Below, piece by piece: positions 56,435 through 64,000 of a stretch of DNA of 64,000 nt. The stretch comes from Octopus vulgaris (taxonomy: Eukaryota): contig OX597835.1 in NCBI GenBank assembly GCA_951406725.2, forward strand, positions 49,538,001-49,602,000, given 5' to 3'. Each line of letters begins with the position of its first letter. The first letter of the stretch is position 1. The position numbers and the translations under genes are program-made. Under the pieces are notes generated by a model, which worked only from the letters and a program-made list of their open reading frames with translations, was not told the origin of the DNA and searched no databases.

Positions 56435-57791
56435 TATCAATATGTGCAGACTTGGCTGTGTGGTAAGAAGCTTGCTTCTCAACCACATGGTTCCGATTTC
56501 AAGGCCATGCAGTGGGACTAAACTCGAGACCATGTAGTTGGGACGCATGCTTATGTATTTGTGTATGCGTGAGTGTGTGACTGTGCGCTTGCGCGCATTC
56601 ACTTGCGTGTCTATTTTCATTTACACATATGCTACTTTGCATGTGTACAAAGTGTGCCGTTGGCTCCCCACAGTGTAAGGCACGTGGCACGCTTCATGGA
56701 AATTGCATTAGATTGACCTTCTTGGAACGAATGTGACAAAACACAGAAGGGAAACTGGAACCGGGTGGGATATGCTTGGGTGTGGCTAGAGAGGGCTTTG
56801 GATACGGACGACGGGAGATGTTCGATCCAGCCTGTCGTAGATGGACGTCAACAAACGCCGTCAGCAACCGTGTCATTGTTGTTGTTGTTGTTGTGGTGCT
56901 GGTGGTGGTGGTGGTGTTGTTATTTATGCTGTGTCTCCATCTGTCTCTATTGTGTTGTAGAACAGTCTGTAAGGTATTAATGAGTTTTATAGCAAGGAAC
57001 AATGATAGACTAGATATCGATATATATATATATATATATATATATGAAGGCTTAATTGATAATATCGAGTGGCACAAATTTGCATTTGCCACGTGTTTTA
57101 TCAATCTCTATTTCTCGATCAGTCAGGTTACAGGGCATGAAAGCACAGAACATGAGTACACATTGTCTTTTGTTGTTGGCTCTAATAAAACTAAATAGAG
57201 ACAAATGTATGTATATATGCATACATGTAGTCATATATGTGTATGCATACATATGTGTGTGTATGCGTTTATGTAGGCATATATACCGTCCCCACCCCCA
57301 CCCACCCCACACACACGCGCAGACGTACGGTGGGGGGTGGATTTGACTTATACACTCGTCTAACTAGTTTACTGATTACAATACTTATGGTGATGTTTAC
57401 TTTTCATTGACATAAATACATCAAATACAGTCATATGATCGCTCTTATGAAGATTGCTATACACGCATTTAAATATATACCTGCTTTTACACAAATACTA
57501 CGTTTCACACGTCTCATACATACATACATACACACAGACCCATACATAAATGCGCGCGTGCATACGTTATACGATTTGACGCATGCTAGGTTGTTTGCGC
57601 TCTGTTATTCATGTCGTAAAGAGCTAGACACTTCAAAATGGCCGCTAAAATGTAACCCGATCCAATATGGCCGCATTATAATCAAGGAATTAGTGAAACA
57701 GTTAGGTGGAAGGAGGACAAAAGATAAATCAACATATAACCATATGGAGTCTGTGTGCCAGTGCATATAAATGTGTGTATGAGCGCGTATG

Positions 57792-57934
<143 letters not shown>

Positions 57935-57971
57935 TACATATATATGTGTGTGTATATATATATATACACAC

Positions 57972-58023
<52 letters not shown>

Positions 58024-58231
58024 GCATACATGCATATGAATACACACACACAATTCACCCACGCGTACATACACACACACACATGTATATCTTCAGAGCG
58101 GCATATGTGTATATATGTCTTCACTGCCACATATGTGTATATATTTATACACATACACACGCACACACACATTTTTTTTCAAATGACGCGAATTTGTGTA
58201 CAACCATTTTCTAGTAACTATGTACAATTTA

Positions 58232-58286
<55 letters not shown>

Positions 58287-58489
58287 TGAGAGAGAGAGAG
58301 AGAGAGAGAGAGAGTAAGAGAGAGAGAGTAAGACAGTAAGCACTGACAAAATGCCATTGAATGTAAAAAGCAAGATATTTGATGAGAAACGATCAAATCG
58401 AGGTACACGCACGCACACACGCACACACACACACTGACACGCGCGTATACACCCACACTCCCACAGAAACACGCATACAATGAGACCAG

Positions 58490-58660
58490 ACGAGTCAGCG
58501 TTCATAAATTTGCATGTAAACAGAGCGAGGCACACGTGCCGTTAAAACGCGACCGGAAATGGGAATACAATAGCTGGACTACAATGGCGGATCTGGAGTC
58601 TTGTAGAGGAAGTGGTGTGGTTGGCCAATTAAGAAATAGCGAGAAGTGACGTCCGTATGC
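58490..58660. promoter_or_regulatory. Candidate promoter/enhancer: dense transcription-factor motif cluster
   Basis: ATTTGCAT 58508, TGTAAACA 58515, CACGTG 58533, ACCGGAAAT 58552, AATGGCGG 58583, GAGGAAGTG 58606, CCAAT 58625, TGACGTC 58647; locally CpG-rich. Confidence 0.45.
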
Positions 58661-58952
58661 CAACATCAGAATAACTAAACACAATCAACCAACGAATAAT
58701 GAGAGAGAGAGAGAGAGAGAGAAGGAGAAGAAGAGACGAGACGGTGCAGCAGTGAAATGTTTCTATAGCGAAACACTAGAAAGAGGTCCAGTTGAAACAT
58801 CGAATGTTACAAACGTTAAACATTCATGGATATAGATTTGGGGCTGAACACAAGATGTTTATTTCCATAGCTGGACATTCATAGTCAATATTTATCTATC
58901 TTGATTGATCGATTGATTGATTGATTGATTTAATTGACTGGTTCATAGATAA

Positions 58953-59053
<101 letters not shown>

Positions 59054-59070
59054 TAGACAGACAGACAGAC

Positions 59071-59121
<51 letters not shown>

Positions 59122-59183
59122 TAGATAGATAGATTGACAGATATATATATGTAAATTTCTCTCTTTCTCTCTCCCTCTCTCTG

Positions 59184-59232
<49 letters not shown>

Positions 59233-59540
59233 ACCCCTTGGACTAAATAAAAAGTACTGGGTAGTGTTCTTTTATCTAACTAAAGAGTGCTGATATGTTC
59301 GTCACATACACATACACTAATATACACATATGTACATACATACACACCTATATAGATACATATGTTCACACTCACAAACACACTAGCACAGAGCGATTCT
59401 TTCAACCTAAGGCATATATATATATATATATGGGTGTGTGGGTGTGTTTGTGTGTGAGCGTCTGTGTGTGTGTGTGTGTGTGTAAGTATGCATTTACGTA
59501 TGCATGCGATTTTGTATGCGGGTATACATATGTGTTTGAT

Positions 59541-59645
59541 TGCATGCGTATAGAGACAGGCACACACACACGCACACACATACATAAATGCATGCGTATA
59601 GAGACAGGCACACACACACGCACACACATACATAAATGCATGCAT
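59541..59645 (+). repeat. 48-bp tandem duplication
   Basis: TGCATGCGTATAGAGACAGGCACACACACACGCACACACATACATAAA occurs twice. Confidence 0.9.
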
Positions 59646-59722
59646 ACATATATATCACTGTCGAAAGAAAGCGGAACAGATCACATTTGACCGTTTCCTT
59701 ACCTTCTGTCTGTCGTGTGTGT

Positions 59723-59754
<32 letters not shown>

Positions 59755-59897
59755 CTGTGTGTGCATCGTAGATTGTTCCAATCTAGTCAAAGAAGGCGAA
59801 AATTAACATCACAAAGAACTTTCATTAGATTCCCGAAACTTGTACAACAACCATATTGAGAGGAATATTGCCAGGATTAGTGGCTGTAATGATATCG

Positions 59898-59960
<63 letters not shown>

Positions 59961-62012
59961 GTAAAAATAATAATAATAATAATATACAAAAATGAAAAGA
60001 AAAGAGTTAAGAACAACTACTAAGGCAAGAATAAAAACAATAAAAAATAATCAAAAACCGAAAGAAATTAAACGAAAAAACAAAACAGAAATGGAAGTAA
60101 AAAAAAGACATGAAAAAACGGAGCTAAGTGAAAGACATAGCTGAGAGTAGCGACACGCAGGCGCGTGCGTGAGCGTGTGTATATATATATATACATACAC
60201 ATTGCTTGTATACACATACGTTCTACGGACACACAGACGCATATACATACGTAGAATTAATCAAAACTCAAATAATCTGTTATACAAATATGCATACATG
60301 TGTGTGCATGCCTATGCGTGTGCATATTACACACACACACATACACAAACACACGCGCGCACACACACATAGATACAGAGACGTGTTTGAAGCAGTCAGT
60401 GACGTGTGTCCACCGCGTGGCGGCGCGCATGTCGACATGATCCGCGCACGTGCGTGTGTGCCAAACATTAGATTGTCTGGCGAATGTCAAGAGTGAACCG
60501 ACGATGACGATACAATGAGGAACCGCTGCCGCAGCCCAACCACCGCCATGACCTTCCCCACCGATACCGTCACCATCATCACCACCAGCAGCAGCATCAC
60601 CACCATCATCATCGTGATGATCCTCATCGCTAACACCACCACTGCCCCGCCACCCACTGTCCTCTCCGCTACCAACATCCCCACCACCATCGCAATCGTC
60701 TTCATTAACTGCACCACTACGGCCCACCCCCGCCGCTATCGCCACCAGCACACTTGCAACCCTCCCAACAGTGACCGGTACGAATTCACTCCACAACCAC
60801 AACCACCACCACCACTGCACACACACACCTTCCCGCCACCGCCACACCACCACTACTATCACTCCTGTCACCAGCAGCATCAGAATTATCGTCAGCAACA
60901 TCACAACACTACATCCAGAAACTACAACAACAACATCAACACCGATGTTAACGCCTTCATCCCTACTACCACTGCCACCAATACTACAACGAAATACTGC
61001 CTTCATCTACCACTAATAATACCTCCGCCAGTACTAGTACTGCCATCACCATCGGCGCCACTACCACCGCTGCTACCGCCTCACCCCCCCTTATGTACAG
61101 TGACGTCATTGTACCTTTCACGTAAAATTGTTTTATCAATGGATACAGTATTTCTAAGATGTTATACTTATTGACAGACAGGTGAACTGAGACACACATA
61201 TTCAAACCAAAGAACTAAGCTTCGTCGTGATATGCTATAACAGATAGTTAAGTTTCTCAGTGATGGTCTCATGGAAGTAGAGCCAGGTTTATTGGTCTGT
61301 TCTGAGAGTCCAGTGTGTTGGCCGTAGCTTCAGTTACCCAAAGTCAATCTATTTTGTGGTTCGTGCTTACAACCAGGTTTATTGAGTTGTTAAGAGTTAA
61401 GTGAGTTTGTCATAGACACACTTGAACTGAAGCTAATTTGTTTTGTGATATGTCATTATTGGGCTGTTGAGGGTTAAGTGTCTTGCTTAAGGACTCAGCT
61501 AGAACCAAATTTAGTATACTTTGTTGTATGTAGTTCTGCCTACGCTCTGTGGACGACATTGAGAATTAGCGTGTCATAGCAACTTTTCATGGTTTGGTTA
61601 TTTAAGTTACAGATACGAAATCAACTAGATTCAACCTGGAATCGAAACCGTACTGTAAATGTCCCTCTACTCTCTACACCTCCAACTCCCGCCGGTTACT
61701 CGAAACCGGTACATGTCATCTGTTGTTTGACAATAGAGACAAAGAAATATCCACAACGAGCAAACATCTCTGGTCAACGAAGAAGGCTCTACGGTCATCT
61801 AACACACTACTGTCTTGAAGACAGAAAGTGATACATAAAATAATGTAGCCCTCGGTATGTTATTCCTAAAATAAAAATGAGCTTAAAAAGGGAAAGTTCG
61901 GGATGGCGAAGGCTGGATCATAAGTTTGCTCGGTTAGAGATGACGTGGTGCTCAACACAACAACTACTACTACTACTCATAATAATAATAATAATAATAA
62001 TTATTATTATTA

Positions 62013-63832
62013 TTCAGTAGTTTTATTTTTATTTTTATAGCGTGCTTTCACTTCACTACCGAGCGCAGCTCTGTGTGCCTTGGGTATGTGCTGTGATTTG
62101 TTGTGATGCTCTGATGGTTATTGTATGGAAAGTGTTCTGCGTAGGATGTGGGCAGTGCCTAGTAGTGCAATTTTCTGTATGTTATATGTGTTTGTAAGTC
62201 CTGGTGTTTTTGTTATGTATTTGTCTGAATATTTTTTTATCATGCCTAATGCACCTACTATGATAGGAATTGTTTCTGTTTTCAGATTCCACATTCTAGT
62301 TACCTCTATTTCCAGGTCTTTGTATTTTGAGAGTTTCTCCATTTCTTTTAGAGACACGTTGTCATCTGCCGGTATTGATACATCAATTAAAAAGCATTTT
62401 TTTCTTCATGATCTCTGACAACTATATCTGGTCTGTTGGCCTTAATTTCTCTATCTGTGTGTATCGGCATATCCCAGAGTATGGTTGCTTTCTCGTTTTC
62501 TGTGACCTTTTCTGGTGTGTGCCTATACCATCTTTTTTCTGTTGTTATTCCATAATGTTGGCATAGCTTCCAATGTATGTAGGTTCCAACTCTGTCATGT
62601 CTGTGAATATATTCCTTCTTAGCCAGGACTGGGCAGCTAGAGATAATATGATTTATTGTTTCTTGTCCATCTCCACATATTCTGCAGTTACTTGTAATAT
62701 TTCTTTTCATTACATGTTTTTGGTAATTTCTGGTGGGGAGGCTTTGGTCTTGTGCTGCAATTAAAAATCCCTCTGTTTCTGCTTTGAGTCCTGAGCTTCT
62801 CAACCATTGCTGGGATTTTTCTTTGTCTATTTCTTTTGCGTTTAGTTTAGTGCAGTATTTACCATTTCTTGCCATCGTTTTATCATGGCTCGTTGCTGTT
62901 CTGTTTTTAGTTTGGATTTCATTTGTTTTATAGCTTTTGTTGTTTCTTCATCTTCTTCTTCTTCTTCATGTTTATTAGGTGGTATGATTTCTTGTTTGTA
63001 TTTGTCAGCTTCCTTAAATACTGAGAACAGTTTTTTGTTTTGCTCGTGTTTTGCCGCTATCTGGATCAGTTTTCCTTCCTTCTGAAGTAGATATTTTTGC
63101 AGTCCTATGGTGGTTATTTTATAGTAGTTTTCCAGCTGTATAAGGCCTCTACCACCTTCCATACGTTGTATATATAGTCTTTCTATGTCAGATTTTGGGT
63201 GATGCATCCTAGATCCTGTCATTATTTTCTTGTTTTCCTATCTATTTTGGTCAGTTCATTTCGTGTCCAGTTAAGGATATTGTAGCTGTAACTTATAACT
63301 GGGACAGCTAAAGTGTTGATACCTATTATCTTGTTTTTAGCATTGAGCTCTGTGTTTAGTATTGATCTAACTCGTCTATAATATTCTTTTTTTATTTTCT
63401 CTTTCATTTGTGTGTGTTGTGTCTTATCTAGTTCATGGATTCCTAAGTATTTGTAAGTTTGGCTTTGGTCTAATTCTTTTATTTCATTGGTTTTATCTAG
63501 TGTGATGTTGTTACTCTTAACTAGTTTTCCTCTTTTCATGGTTACTTTGGCGCATTTTTCTAATCCAAATTTCATATCTATTTCTTTGGTAAATCCATGA
63601 ACTGTCTTTAATAGTGTTTCCAGCTGTTTGTCATTTGCAGCGTATAGTTTTAGGTCATCCATATATAAAAGGTGGCTGATCGTTTTGCCGTAACATTTAT
63701 ATCCGCATCCAGTTCTATTTAGCATATCAGATAGAGGTGACAGTGCCAAGCAGAAAAGGTGGAGAGAGCGTGTCTCCTGGAATATTCCTCTTCTAATGGG
63801 GATGTCTTTGGTTTTCATGAGTCCCTCTTTTG

Positions 63833-63837
<5 letters not shown>
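62013..63837 (-). mobile_element. 5'-truncated, frameshifted non-LTR retrotransposon of Dong/R4 (restriction-like endonuclease) type
   Basis: Consecutive minus ORFs give RT motifs IRRGIFQ and ISHLLYMDDLKLY, GGRGL, a CCHC knuckle CRICGDGQETINHIISSC, RHD and RPDIVV..D..EKLSKY (RLE). Frame breaks near 63770, 63222, 62860 and 62390. (AAT)n lies on both sides on the element strand. Confidence 0.93.
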
Positions 63838-63904
<67 letters not shown>

Positions 63905-64000
63905 CCGCCAACACCAACAAGAGCAGCACCAATAATAACCACTACTAGCAATAACATTGCCATGAGCGACGAATGCATGTAGTAGTAGTAGTAGTAGTAG

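Noticed and set aside
56676-56696. TAAGGCACG resembling the 5' end of miR-124
   Set aside because: Diverges after 9 nt and lacks a matching precursor hairpin.
60257-61174. Long overlapping ORFs of 219 and 249 aa
   Set aside because: Degenerate CAC/CAT/ACC trinucleotide sequence open on both strands, with no recognisable protein or splice signals.

Overview
Eukaryotic, AT-rich, extremely microsatellite-dense non-coding DNA (intron or gene desert). The repeat families look like octopus (coleoid cephalopod) ones; this is recognition from memory, not a database result. No host gene can be confidently called, and almost every ORF in the track is a translated microsatellite. The real coding remnants are retrotransposons: a 5'-truncated, frameshifted Dong/R4-type RLE LINE (62013-63837), a short inverted second copy (52060-52420), both in (AAT)n, and an RTE-type LINE 3' end with three C2H2 fingers (25360-25955). 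About 25 copies or fragments of one tRNA-derived SINE are present, plus other SINE families. Most notable: three type-I hammerhead-ribozyme folds with non-canonical cores (13512-13592, 13776-13813, 25269-25312), several pre-miRNA-sized hairpins (42146-42219 perfect, 40936-41007, 56468-56552), over a dozen YY1/Pho-type motifs in the short unique islands, and promoter/enhancer-like motif clusters.
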